Positions 47,396-56,386 are shown, counted from the stretch's first letter. The stretch is 64,000 bases of DNA from Candidatus Omnitrophota bacterium (GCA_029261055.1 JAJDCA010000038.1:9619-73618); one strand, 5' to 3'. Notes: generated by a model from the sequence alone, not told the origin. Made by a program: numbers and translations.

Positions 47396-48154
47396 ATGGC
47401 AGAAGAAATTTTTACGACTCAAGAATTAGCTGAATATATGAAGGTTAATGAGAAAACAGTTATCAAACTAGCTCAAGCGGGGGATCTTCCAGGGTTTAAG
47501 GTTGGGAATCAATGGAGGTTTAGCTGGACTATGATTGATCGATATATGAATGGACACGTGTTTGATTCCTCTGATGAAAATATGGATATCATTCTTAAAA
47601 CTAAAGATCATATTATTCCTTTTTCGCGTTTGACGGATGAAACCATTATTAATTTGGATTTACGTGCAGATAGTAAGAGAAAAGTCATTTCTGAATTAGC
47701 ACGCATGTCACATACTGCAAGGTTGACACCTTCTTACGAAGGTCTTTATATTGCACTAGAGGAGCGGGAAAAATTGTTAAGTACGGCTGTTGGCCAAGGA
47801 GTAGCATTGCCACATCCACGTTTTCCTGATCAGATGACATTCAAAGAACCACATATTGTTATTGCCCGTTCAAAAATAGGGGTAGAGTATGATGCTCCAG
47901 ACAATAAAAAAGTTCATCTATTTTTTATGCCCTGTTCACAATCTCAATTTGTTCATTTGCGTTTGTTAGCAAAGATTTCTAAGCTTCTTCACATTCCTAA
48001 TGTTATCGATCGTTTTATGCAAGTAACAAGTGCGAAAGAAATTATTCAAATATTAATGGCGCTTGAACAGGAACATTTATTACCTACAGATGATACGAAT
48101 CATGTTCAAAAAGTGATTGATGAACAAAACGAAGTGCAGGAGAGGCAAAAGTGA
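47396..48154 (+). CDS. Excisionase/MerR-type HTH fused to a PTS EIIA(Ntr/Fru)-type domain
   Basis: N-terminal TQELAEYMKVNEKTVIKLAQAGDLPGFKVGNQWRF (HTH_17). C-terminal GQGVALPHPRF..HIVIARSKIGVEYDAPDNKKVHLFFM carries the conserved EIIA-2 histidine. Confidence 0.6.
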   Translation: MAEEIFTTQELAEYMKVNEKTVIKLAQAGDLPGFKVGNQWRFSWTMIDRYMNGHVFDSSDENMDIILKTKDHIIPFSRLTDETIINLDLRADSKRKVISELARMSHTARLTPSYEGLYIALEEREKLLSTAVGQGVALPHPRFPDQMTFKEPHIVIARSKIGVEYDAPDNKKVHLFFMPCSQSQFVHLRLLAKISKLLHIPNVIDRFMQVTSAKEIIQILMALEQEHLLPTDDTNHVQKVIDEQNEVQERQK

Positions 48155-48185
48155 AAGTATTTAGAAATTTCTTTCTCTCTCTTCC

Positions 48186-49289
48186 TCATAAAACTGCAGC
48201 ATTGTGATTTTGATAATCAGCATATCCTTGTGCCTCATGCGAATACCAATAGGTCATATCGTCAAAAGGCGTTAGTGGAGTATTGTTCTGAAAACGTTCA
48301 GGTAAATCAGGATTTGTAATGAAAGGTCGCCCAAAAGCAATCATGTCGGCATCCTTTGATTCAATTCTTTCTTGGGCCAACTCACGCGTATAGCCACAAT
48401 TTCCAATTATAGCACCTTTAAAAAGTGGCCTAAAATCCGCCAGCGTCATGGGTTCTCCCTTTTCATGAAATCCAAATGCCAGACCATCCATGATATGCAT
48501 ATACCCAAGATTGAATTTATTAAACTCTTGTGCCGTATAAAGGAAGGTGTCCCTATAGTCTTCACTGCCCATATCATTAAAAGCCCCATTGGGTGAAATG
48601 CGTACTCCTACGGAATCAGGATCCCACACCTCTAACACAGCTTCAATGACCTCCTTAAAAAAACGAAAACGATTTTCAATGCTCCCCCCATATTCATCCT
48701 CGCGAATATTGGTTTTAGATTCAAGAAATTGATTAATCAAATACCCGTTTGCACCATGAATTTCAACGCCCGCAAAACCAGCTTCTTTAGCATTCTTAGC
48801 CGCTAGTCGATAATCATTTACCGTCTGCTTAATTTCATCAATCGTTAAAGGACGTGGCACTTCGTAATCTTTTTCCCCGAGCGGTGTATGAATCTGATCA
48901 CCGTTTTCAATTTTAATGGCCGATGCCGAAACAGGAAGCTCCCCGTTATGAAAATCACTATGTGAAGCTCTGCCGCAATGCCATAATTGCAAAAACATCG
49001 GTGTCTTTGCCTCAGCCATTTTTGAAGTCACGCTCTTCCAGCCCTCAACCATTTTCGATGTATAAATTCCCGGCGAGTGATTCCACCCATTACCCTGTGC
49101 CGAAACTACCGTCGCTTCAGTAATAATTAAACCCGCCCCTGCACGCTGATAATAATACTCTGCCATCAAGCTGTTCGGTATCCGTTCCTCACCAGCCCTT
49201 CCACGTGTCATAGGGGCTAAAACGATTCGATTTTTAATTTTAAATTTTCCTAATTGATATGAATCAAACATAACGCTCATTGTATGCAC
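48186..49289 (-). CDS. Old Yellow Enzyme-family NADH:flavin oxidoreductase (alkene/N-ethylmaleimide reductase-like)
   Basis: RIVLAPMTRGRA, HCGRASH, GFAGVEIHGANGYLINQFL. Confidence 0.8.
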   Translation of the reverse strand: MHTMSVMFDSYQLGKFKIKNRIVLAPMTRGRAGEERIPNSLMAEYYYQRAGAGLIITEATVVSAQGNGWNHSPGIYTSKMVEGWKSVTSKMAEAKTPMFLQLWHCGRASHSDFHNGELPVSASAIKIENGDQIHTPLGEKDYEVPRPLTIDEIKQTVNDYRLAAKNAKEAGFAGVEIHGANGYLINQFLESKTNIREDEYGGSIENRFRFFKEVIEAVLEVWDPDSVGVRISPNGAFNDMGSEDYRDTFLYTAQEFNKFNLGYMHIMDGLAFGFHEKGEPMTLADFRPLFKGAIIGNCGYTRELAQERIESKDADMIAFGRPFITNPDLPERFQNNTPLTPFDDMTYWYSHEAQGYADYQNHNAAVL

Positions 49290-49480
49290 TCTCCTTTTTA
49301 TACTGCTTGTCGTTTTGTGTGATAATAGGGGTTAGCTTACACTGACCCCGATTTTCGTTTTTTGGGCAACATCTGCCCGATTTGTTCTGCAAATTTTTTT
49401 GGGGAAATAAATGAGTTTATCTCCAATTCCTTCTTCCCCTTATAGTAGCCTCTTCTGATTTATTCCCAAGGCCTAGATTG

Positions 49481-50023
49481 CTAGACTATATTAATCTTAG
49501 ATGATTTTGCTACACCCTCTAAATTCTTATAAATATAATACTGACCAATTATCATACACACTTTATATTCCAAGCTTGATTTATTCCACTCATATACGGA
49601 TTTACTTGTTTCTGGATCAAAAGAAACTCTTTTCGGAATTGGGACAAATATTCTAGTTTCATCACAAAAAATAAAATGAAGCTGTTTAACTGTTACATTT
49701 CCTATCTTAAGGAATACCAGTTGAGAATAAGCCTTTTTATTTGGATAAACATTTGTCCAATCTTCTGAAAAATCTTTCCATCCTTCTGCTAAATGAATTT
49801 GAAAAGTATTATCATCTTCACAAATCCAGATTTCTCTATTTTCAATATGTTCTTTCTTCCACTTTGATTTTTCAACATAACGTTTAAAAGCTCTAAGATC
49901 ATTCTTTTTCTGGCTAATATTAAGGCCAGGAAGCCAACCTAAAAAAATTCCTTCCACTTCGTATCTCTCTTTAATCCAGTTAATTATTTTTTTCATAAAG
50001 CATACTTTTATTTTGTTAGACAT
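49481..50023 (-). CDS. Hypothetical protein
   Basis: 180-aa ORF with no motifs. Confidence 0.4.
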   Translation of the reverse strand: MSNKIKVCFMKKIINWIKERYEVEGIFLGWLPGLNISQKKNDLRAFKRYVEKSKWKKEHIENREIWICEDDNTFQIHLAEGWKDFSEDWTNVYPNKKAYSQLVFLKIGNVTVKQLHFIFCDETRIFVPIPKRVSFDPETSKSVYEWNKSSLEYKVCMIIGQYYIYKNLEGVAKSSKINIV

Positions 50024-50106
50024 ATATTATCACCAAAGATTTTACCACAAATAAGAAAAGCCAGCCATCGTTATAAAACGTTGATTGGGTTTAACTTATA
50101 TTGATT

Positions 50107-50143
50107 TCGGGGAGAAAATTTGAACCGATGACCTTCATGAGGC
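50107..50143 (-). pseudogene. Degenerate copy of the tRNA-fMet 3' end (fragment F2)
   Basis: Reverse complement GCCTCATGAAGGTCATCGGTTCAAATTTTCTCCCCGAAATCA. It shares the TTCAAATT/AATCA variants with F1. The stop codon of ORF 50135..50581 lies inside it. Confidence 0.6.
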
Positions 50144-50581
50144 TAAAACAAACTCCTCTAATAATCCCCACCGCTCTCGGTATGCGGAAGACTTTGGTTG
50201 TCTTTGCCTCTTGACACTCTCAACTATCGCAATGCTACTGGCATAACTATTGAAAATATCCACCGGCATAATATAAAAAACCTTTATTTCGTGAATATAC
50301 AAAATTGCAAAATCAAAATCTTTACTACTATATCGAGAACGTTGCATTACTCTTCTATTTGTCCTTGTCCTTCTATTGTCCACAAGATACATCGACTTTA
50401 ATTGGTTGTACCAGGCTGCTTTTACTTGTATGCGAATAAACGTGTTCCTGACTTCCACAACTAAATCATAAGGCAAACGATCTCCTAGTGGCTTCAGGAC
50501 ATTATACCCTCGGCTTAATAATTCTGTACTAACAGCTGATTCGGCAATATCGGCTTTAAGCTTTGTATCCATTTTTTTCAA
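50135..50581 (-). CDS. PD-(D/E)XK-fold nuclease-like protein
   Basis: ESAVSTELLSRGYNVLKP..PYDLVVEV...IRIQVK gives the D...E.K catalytic pattern. It is located between tRNA-fMet and fragment F2. Confidence 0.45.
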   Translation of the reverse strand: MKKMDTKLKADIAESAVSTELLSRGYNVLKPLGDRLPYDLVVEVRNTFIRIQVKAAWYNQLKSMYLVDNRRTRTNRRVMQRSRYSSKDFDFAILYIHEIKVFYIMPVDIFNSYASSIAIVESVKRQRQPKSSAYRERWGLLEEFVLAS

Positions 50582-50688
50582 GAATTAAATAATGTAAGTT
50601 GTTGATCTACAAGATGTTATTTTCTGAGAATAAAAAAGGATCCCGTTGTGGGGATCCTTAAATGAAAACTGATACTCTTAGGAGTTCC

Positions 50689-50733
50689 GAAAGTGCACGA
50701 GTTGCTTTAAAGCATAGCAACTCGTGCACTTTC
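50689..50733. other. Perfect 18-bp-stem hairpin GAAAGTGCACGAGTTGCT-(9 nt)-AGCAACTCGTGCACTTTC
   Basis: Read directly. It is flanked by two further terminator hairpins (50637..50658 and 50737..50775), all downstream of the tRNA-fMet gene. Confidence 0.6.
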
Positions 50734-50736
50734 CAT

Positions 50737-50775
50737 AAAAAAGACTCAAGCCATTACTGGCTTGAGTCTTTTTTA
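50737..50775. terminator. Bidirectional rho-independent terminator immediately 3' of tRNA-fMet
   Basis: AAAAAAGACTCAAGCC-ATTACT-GGCTTGAGTCTTTTTT, with an 11-bp stem, an A-run and a T-run. Confidence 0.7.
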
Positions 50776-50776
50776 T

Positions 50777-51080
50777 TGGTTGCGGGGACCGGATTTGAAC
50801 CGATGACCTTCAGGTTATGCATACCAACTATGGCTTTCGCCACTAGGCGACAAATTAAAAATTTGTCGCTTATTTGTGGTCTGGACTATCCCTTTACCCT
50901 TTCGGGTATCCGCCTACTAGTCTCTACACCTTCTCCGACAAACTTTTTCAAGTTTGTCTTCGTTTGGCTCGGGATTACCATGTTAAAGGCTTCCCCGAAT
51001 TTGACGGATGTTAACCAGATTGTTTCCAACCTGGGGGCCCACTTTGAGCCTGACGAGCTACCTGACTGCTCCACCCCGCG
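50777..51080 (-). tRNA. Initiator tRNA-fMet(CAU) gene interrupted by a group I intron. Exons lie at 51047..51080 and 50777..50819.
   Basis: The joined exons give CGCGGGGTGGAGCAGTCAGGTAGCTCGTCAGGCT|CATAACCTGAAGGTCATCGGTTCAAATCCGGTCCCCGCAACCA. This is 77 nt and near-identical to E. coli tRNA-fMet, including C1:A72 and three G-C pairs in the anticodon stem. The 227 nt between them separate the anticodon-loop halves. Confidence 0.85.
50820..51046 (-). ncRNA. Group I self-splicing intron (227 nt) in the tRNA-fMet anticodon loop, between U33 and C34
   Basis: The 5' exon ends in U. The intron ends in G (..GGTATG|CATAA). A GGCC guide-like sequence near the intron 5' end can pair with the exon GGCU to form P1. 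There are R-like (GTAGAGACTAGTAGG) and S-like (AAAGGGATAGTCCAGACC) core elements. No ORF lies inside. Confidence 0.75.
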
Positions 51081-51108
51081 ATATGTTGTTAAAACTAACT
51101 TATAACGG

Positions 51109-51399
51109 CTATTCTGTTTCTTCCGGCATTAACCGGTAAACGACTTCACCTTCACGAACAATACCCATTTTTTCACGGGCAACCTTCTCTAAATACTCTG
51201 GATCTTCTTTTAAAAGTCGACGTTCTTCTAATAATTCTTTCTTCTCTTGCTTTAAATCTTCAATCTCTTTGGCGTAATCGAAATTCTTTTTTTTGATGTC
51301 CTGCAATTGTGTAAATGCCGGTAAAAATCCAACTAATATTAAAATGGCAACAACAAAAATCCAAATACCATTTTTAAACATTACCAGATTTTTCCCCAT
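51109..51399 (-). CDS. ftsB: Septum formation initiator FtsB/DivIC family
   Basis: N-terminal TM helix plus a coiled coil ([28 protein letters not shown]). It is immediately downstream of eno, as in many bacteria. Confidence 0.6.
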   Translation of the reverse strand: MGKNLVMFKNGIWIFVVAILILVGFLPAFTQLQDIKKKNFDYAKEIEDLKQEKKELLEERRLLKEDPEYLEKVAREKMGIVREGEVVYRLMPEETE

Positions 51400-52652
51400 A
51401 AAGGACCAGCATACACGGCTTTGTCGCCTAATTCTTCTTCAATGCGTAAAAGCTCATTGTATTTAGCCAAACGATCTGTTCGGGATAAAGAACCTGTCTT
51501 AATCTGACCAACGCCTGTGGCCACGGCTAAATGGGCGATCGTGGTGTCTTCTGTTTCACCGGATCGATGGGAAATAATCGATGTATATTTATTTTCTTTG
51601 GCTAGATTAATCGCATCTAAAGTTTCTGACAAACTGCCGATTTGGTTAACTTTGACCAAGATTGAATTCGCTATTTTTTTCTCAATACCTTCTTTTAAAC
51701 GCTTCACATTCGTAACAAATAAATCGTCGCCGACAAGCTGAATATTACCGCCTATCTTGGTGGTCATGGCTTGCCAACCATCCCAATCATTTTCATCCAA
51801 CCCATCTTCGATTGAAATCAACGGACTATTTTTAGTCATCTCAGCATAAACATCTACTAATTCAGCCGCACTGATTTGATTGCCATTATAATGATACTTT
51901 CCATCTTTATAAAATTCTGAAGAGGCGGCATCTAAGGCAATAAAAACATCCTTATCTGCTTTGTAACCAGCCTTTTCAATCGCTTCTAAAATAACAGCCA
52001 CTGCTTCTTCATTACTCGAAAGATTCGGGGCAAATCCACCTTCATCTCCGACGGATGTTGCTAAATTCTTGGATTTAAGAATACTTTTAAGACTATGAAA
52101 TACTTCGGTGGCCATACGTAGCGCTTCGGAAAATGTTGGCGCGCCTAAAGGAGCAATCATAAATTCCTGTACATCTAAATTATTATCGGCATGACACCCA
52201 CCATTAATGATATTCATCAAAGGCACCGGTAAAATTTTGGCCTCATCTCCACCTAAATACTTATATAAAGGAATATTTGCTTCAACAGCGGCCGCCTTGG
52301 CTGTCGCCATAGAAATACCTAAAATCGCATTGGCGCCAAGCTTGGCTTTATTTTCTGTGCCATCTAAATCAAGAAGAATTTTGTCAACAGCCTTAAATTC
52401 CGGATCTTGACCTACCACACTATTGGCCATGACTGTATTCACATTTTCTACAGCCTTCAAAACACCTTTACCCATATATTTGGATTTATCCCCGTCGCGC
52501 AATTCAATCGCTTCATGCTCACCTGTGGATGCACCGGAAGGAACCGCTGCACGACCAATAACACCTGACTCTAAAGTAACATCAACTTCTACCGTTGGAT
52601 TTCCGCGGGAATCTAAAATTTGTCGACCTTTTACATGTTTAATTTTTGACAT
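51381..52652 (-). CDS. eno: Enolase
   Basis: Full-length match: [24 protein letters not shown]..., catalytic [35 protein letters not shown]. Confidence 0.92.
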   Translation of the reverse strand: MSKIKHVKGRQILDSRGNPTVEVDVTLESGVIGRAAVPSGASTGEHEAIELRDGDKSKYMGKGVLKAVENVNTVMANSVVGQDPEFKAVDKILLDLDGTENKAKLGANAILGISMATAKAAAVEANIPLYKYLGGDEAKILPVPLMNIINGGCHADNNLDVQEFMIAPLGAPTFSEALRMATEVFHSLKSILKSKNLATSVGDEGGFAPNLSSNEEAVAVILEAIEKAGYKADKDVFIALDAASSEFYKDGKYHYNGNQISAAELVDVYAEMTKNSPLISIEDGLDENDWDGWQAMTTKIGGNIQLVGDDLFVTNVKRLKEGIEKKIANSILVKVNQIGSLSETLDAINLAKENKYTSIISHRSGETEDTTIAHLAVATGVGQIKTGSLSRTDRLAKYNELLRIEEELGDKAVYAGPLWGKIW

Positions 52653-52760
52653 AGTTGCTTTCCTTAATTTTAAAAAGGGAATGTTAAAAAATACTTAGTT
52701 GTGTTTAATTCGTTAAATAAGAGAGCCCACGTTATCATAGTTCATTTAGAAAGTCAAGAT

Positions 52761-53675
52761 TTATAAAGGCTCCAAAACCCTGAGAGACTCTTCAAAAAAA
52801 GTTTTCTCTTCGAGAAATCCAAATCGTTGATTTATTTCAATCAACTTACGATACCGCTCCACCACATCCTGACCCGTGTTCCAATGAAGCTTACGTAAAC
52901 ACACCGGACACAATGCCATCGGCCTTGCGTCAGATTCCTTACGATGATTGCTCCCGTTCATATTGCACTCATAATAAATACAATGATGCATCGAAAACAT
53001 ATGCCCAATTTCATGCGTCCCCGTCTTGATTGTCCTCTTCAAAAACACCTGATAATCCTCAGGACTTTTTGCCGGATCGCCATTACGATAAACCGACCAC
53101 ACCCCCACCCTATCGTCTAGCGAAGCCTCACCGAAAACAAAGTTCCATCCTGAGCCAGGCCAAAGATCCATGGCGGTAAACGCAATCATACAAAAAGCAT
53201 CTTCCGGCTTACGCGGAATCAGCCTATCTTCTATTACATAACGCGTAAGAATTTGTTTATCTTTTGTTTTAGGATGCATACGATGGGCATGTTTGGGAAA
53301 ATTGTCTAATGTCATCGGTTCCGTAAATTTGACCGGCAACCCGTAATAAATCGCGATATATTCCGCCGTCTTCTTAATCACCTCTTTCTGCACATCCCCA
53401 AACGGCCCCAAAAGCGTGATATAAATAAACTTACGTTTATCATCCGGTTGTACAGGGCTACTCTTAATATAATCTGAAAATCCTTGCCCCGGCTCCGGAT
53501 TCTGAGCCATCCAGTCATATCGCCCCGGGAGCTTCTTAATCTGATGCAGATCCAACAGTTTTAAATAAGACTCCTCCGCGACCTCTGCACTCGATACTAT
53601 TGCAGGGGACAATGTGACTATCGTCAGCATAAGTGTAAATATCACAACAGGTAAGAACATTATTATTTTTTTCAT
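52761..53675 (-). CDS. Secreted archaemetzincin-like zinc metalloprotease
   Basis: Signal peptide. HEIGHMFSMHHC...C..C..NM...C..C is the archaemetzincin signature (HEXXHXXGXXXC plus the Cys4 site). Confidence 0.6.
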   Translation of the reverse strand: MKKIIMFLPVVIFTLMLTIVTLSPAIVSSAEVAEESYLKLLDLHQIKKLPGRYDWMAQNPEPGQGFSDYIKSSPVQPDDKRKFIYITLLGPFGDVQKEVIKKTAEYIAIYYGLPVKFTEPMTLDNFPKHAHRMHPKTKDKQILTRYVIEDRLIPRKPEDAFCMIAFTAMDLWPGSGWNFVFGEASLDDRVGVWSVYRNGDPAKSPEDYQVFLKRTIKTGTHEIGHMFSMHHCIYYECNMNGSNHRKESDARPMALCPVCLRKLHWNTGQDVVERYRKLIEINQRFGFLEEKTFFEESLRVLEPL

Positions 53676-53792
53676 TAAATACCTCGTAGACTGGTTTTTA
53701 TATGTAACTATATGGTATACTTAACAATGTGGTTATGTTAATCTAACTTTTTTATAAAATCAAGCCCCTTACGAAAGAAAGGTTTTTTAATT

Positions 53793-55469
53793 ATGAAAAA
53801 ATTTATTATTTTCTTCAAACTTCATTGGATTAAAACTTCCGTAATAATTCTTACTTTAGCTATTTTAATCGGTGGCGGATTCTTTATGCACTATTGCGTA
53901 TCCAGCTTTTCAGAAATGGAAAACTTTTCTAAACGACAAGTTGCCGGCCAGATGGCAATGCTTTTCCCTATGTTTGCTCTGATCCATGTTATTACCATCC
54001 CCTTATCCTATTTTATGTACTCGCATATGATGCGTGGTGGCGGTATGGGAAAATTAGGTATCGATAAATTAAAAGTTGCTGTCAAATGGGATGAGGTCAT
54101 CGGCATGGAAGCCGCAAAAAAAGAAGCTTGGGAAATTATTAAATTACTTAAAGATCGGCATCTTTTAAAAGTTATTGGAGGAAAAATTGTTAAAGGAACA
54201 TTGATGATTGGCCCACCCGGGTGTGGAAAAACCTATTTAGCTAAAGCCATTGCCACCGAATGCGGCCTTCCTATGATATCTACTGTCGGAAGCGAGTTTG
54301 TCGCTATGTTTGTTGGGCAAGGAGCGGCCAAGATGAAATCTCTATTTAAACAGGCCCGAGCCATGGCTTCCTTAGAAGGTGGCTGCATCATATTTATCGA
54401 CGAAATTGATTCTTTTGCCCGACCACGGCAAGCCGATAGAGGATTTGGGGGAACCTCAAGCCTCAATGCTACAATCAATCAATTTCTTACCGAACTCGAT
54501 GGGTTACGTCAAACTGAAAATAATATTATCGTTGTCGCCGCAACAAACGTAGCCGAAGATGAATTGGACAACGCGATTACACGAGCCGGACGATTTGATC
54601 GAAAAATTTATATCACAAAACCAAACCTTGCCGAACGCAAAGATTTATTCAAATTCTATCTCTCGCGTGTAAAAACAGAAAGTGCCGTAGACCCGGATCT
54701 TCTGGCACGTAAGGCCCTCTACTTTTCCCCTTCCGATATCGACAGCATGATTCGTGAGGCAGGGATCGTTGCTTTAAGAGATAAACGAGACACCATATCT
54801 GCCAAAGACCTGTCTGAATCTTATGACCGGGTTACCTTTGGCTTAAAATCTAATATCACATTAACCAAAGAAGAAAAAATATGGACAGCCTACCACGAGG
54901 CAGGCCACGCCGTTATTGCGTATTTAACACATCCAACCAATGATGTTATTAAAGCGACCATCATTCCACATAAAGGATCGTTAGGTTTTATTTCCCAACG
55001 GCCCACGGAAGAACTTCATTCCTCAAACAAAGAACACCTTTTAGCTAATATAAAAGTTAGTGTTGCCAGTTACGTTGCCGAAACAATTAAATTTGGGTCG
55101 ACAAGTAGTGGTGTTGGTGGCGGCCCCGGGAGCGACTTTGATACAGCCATGCGTTACGCCCATGCGATGGTCTGGCGTTATGGGATGGGCGAATCCGGCC
55201 TCTTAGGTGACTTTTATGCTTTAAGTAGCTACGGTCAACCCCCTAATATTTCTGAAGAAACAAAGAGGATTCTCGACAATGATGTCCAAAAAATCCTGCA
55301 AACATGTCTAAAAGAAGTTCAGGCCGTTCTTTCAAAACATACTGATTTATTGGAAGAATTTGCCCAAGAACTACTCAAAAAAGAAGAATTAGAATATGAT
55401 GAAATTGTTGCTATTTTTGATAAATTCGGAATGGAATCAGCAGCCAGACCGTCAGAAAACTTAAGCTAA
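53793..55469 (+). CDS. Compact FtsH-like AAA+ zinc metalloprotease paralogue
   Basis: Walker A GPPGCGKT, Walker B IIFIDEID, second region of homology. HEAGHAV zinc motif. The N-terminal region (2 TM helices, short) does not look like the canonical FtsH periplasmic domain. Confidence 0.7.
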   Translation: MKKFIIFFKLHWIKTSVIILTLAILIGGGFFMHYCVSSFSEMENFSKRQVAGQMAMLFPMFALIHVITIPLSYFMYSHMMRGGGMGKLGIDKLKVAVKWDEVIGMEAAKKEAWEIIKLLKDRHLLKVIGGKIVKGTLMIGPPGCGKTYLAKAIATECGLPMISTVGSEFVAMFVGQGAAKMKSLFKQARAMASLEGGCIIFIDEIDSFARPRQADRGFGGTSSLNATINQFLTELDGLRQTENNIIVVAATNVAEDELDNAITRAGRFDRKIYITKPNLAERKDLFKFYLSRVKTESAVDPDLLARKALYFSPSDIDSMIREAGIVALRDKRDTISAKDLSESYDRVTFGLKSNITLTKEEKIWTAYHEAGHAVIAYLTHPTNDVIKATIIPHKGSLGFISQRPTEELHSSNKEHLLANIKVSVASYVAETIKFGSTSSGVGGGPGSDFDTAMRYAHAMVWRYGMGESGLLGDFYALSSYGQPPNISEETKRILDNDVQKILQTCLKEVQAVLSKHTDLLEEFAQELLKKEELEYDEIVAIFDKFGMESAARPSENLS

Positions 55470-56386
55470 TGAAAAATTTAATTATATCTTCGCTCATTTA
55501 TTTATTAATTACCGGATGTGCAAAACCATCTCCTATTGAGCCAATAACGCTCAACAAAGCCCATCAAAAATTAATTGATATCTGCAAAAAAGATTTTGAC
55601 CTTACTGTTAAACTATTCCCCTTTGAAAATACTTTATGGGTGTATATTCCTATGGAAGAAAGTTTCCTAGATATCAAATCAACTGATGAAGGCCCAAGAA
55701 TCGTCGATCAATTTAAAGAGACCCGTACGATTAATTATCTTGATGGTTGGTATGCAGACAGTAGCTTTCACTTGAAATATGATATCACTTTATCGAAAGC
55801 CTACGGCAAAGAATATGGATTTACTTCAGCTTTTACCGATAAATACCGTAAAGAACAACAGTACATCCTCTTATCTATTACCAAGGCTTATGAAAATGTC
55901 GAAGAAGAAATTCCAGATTTTTTTGTGATTGTCGCTGCTGATATCGTCAAAGGGATTGAAACGCAAATGATCCTCAATTTTTCTGATCTTAAACGCGTCA
56001 TGACAGATCAATTTTTTCATGAAGAATACACTCGCCGTAATATCATGGATTATCCAACAGGTCACACAAAAATTATCGATGATAAAGAAGGGAAACATTT
56101 AGAACTGTATGATCTAACATGGCCGGATTTTCTGGCGAAACAGATGGTGCATCGCATCAAAAACAAATACCAACGCAGCGCCTTTCCACCGTCGGAAGAT
56201 ACACAACAGGAAATTCTCACTATCGTATCCGAGACGGTCCACGCCTATGAATTTACGGGATTTGAAACCGTGCAGTTGCAAGACCTCCACAACGAAACCA
56301 CCTACACCACGAATAAGTCCGATCTCAAAAAACCAGAAGAAAAAGAAGATTCCAAAAGTAGATTAATTAATATTAAATTTCTCTAA
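55469..56386 (+). CDS. Hypothetical lipoprotein
   Basis: Lipobox LLITGC. There is no start/stop overlap; it abuts the FtsH-like gene. Confidence 0.45.
   Translation: MKNLIISSLIYLLITGCAKPSPIEPITLNKAHQKLIDICKKDFDLTVKLFPFENTLWVYIPMEESFLDIKSTDEGPRIVDQFKETRTINYLDGWYADSSFHLKYDITLSKAYGKEYGFTSAFTDKYRKEQQYILLSITKAYENVEEEIPDFFVIVAADIVKGIETQMILNFSDLKRVMTDQFFHEEYTRRNIMDYPTGHTKIIDDKEGKHLELYDLTWPDFLAKQMVHRIKNKYQRSAFPPSEDTQQEILTIVSETVHAYEFTGFETVQLQDLHNETTYTTNKSDLKKPEEKEDSKSRLINIKFL

Noticed and set aside
50777-51082. I first considered that the roughly 300-nt RNA-like gene ending in …CCCCGCAACCA was tmRNA (ssrA).
   Set aside because: The 5' end is a complete tRNA 5' half (acceptor, D-arm and anticodon stem), not the tmRNA 5' acceptor strand. 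The two ends join into a perfect tRNA-fMet. The internal 227 nt have group I core motifs rather than a tag-peptide ORF or pseudoknots.
50662-51105. ORF-track ORFs 50662..51105 (plus) and 50886..51074 (minus).
   Set aside because: They lie entirely over the tRNA-fMet gene, its group I intron and the downstream hairpins. They are spurious.
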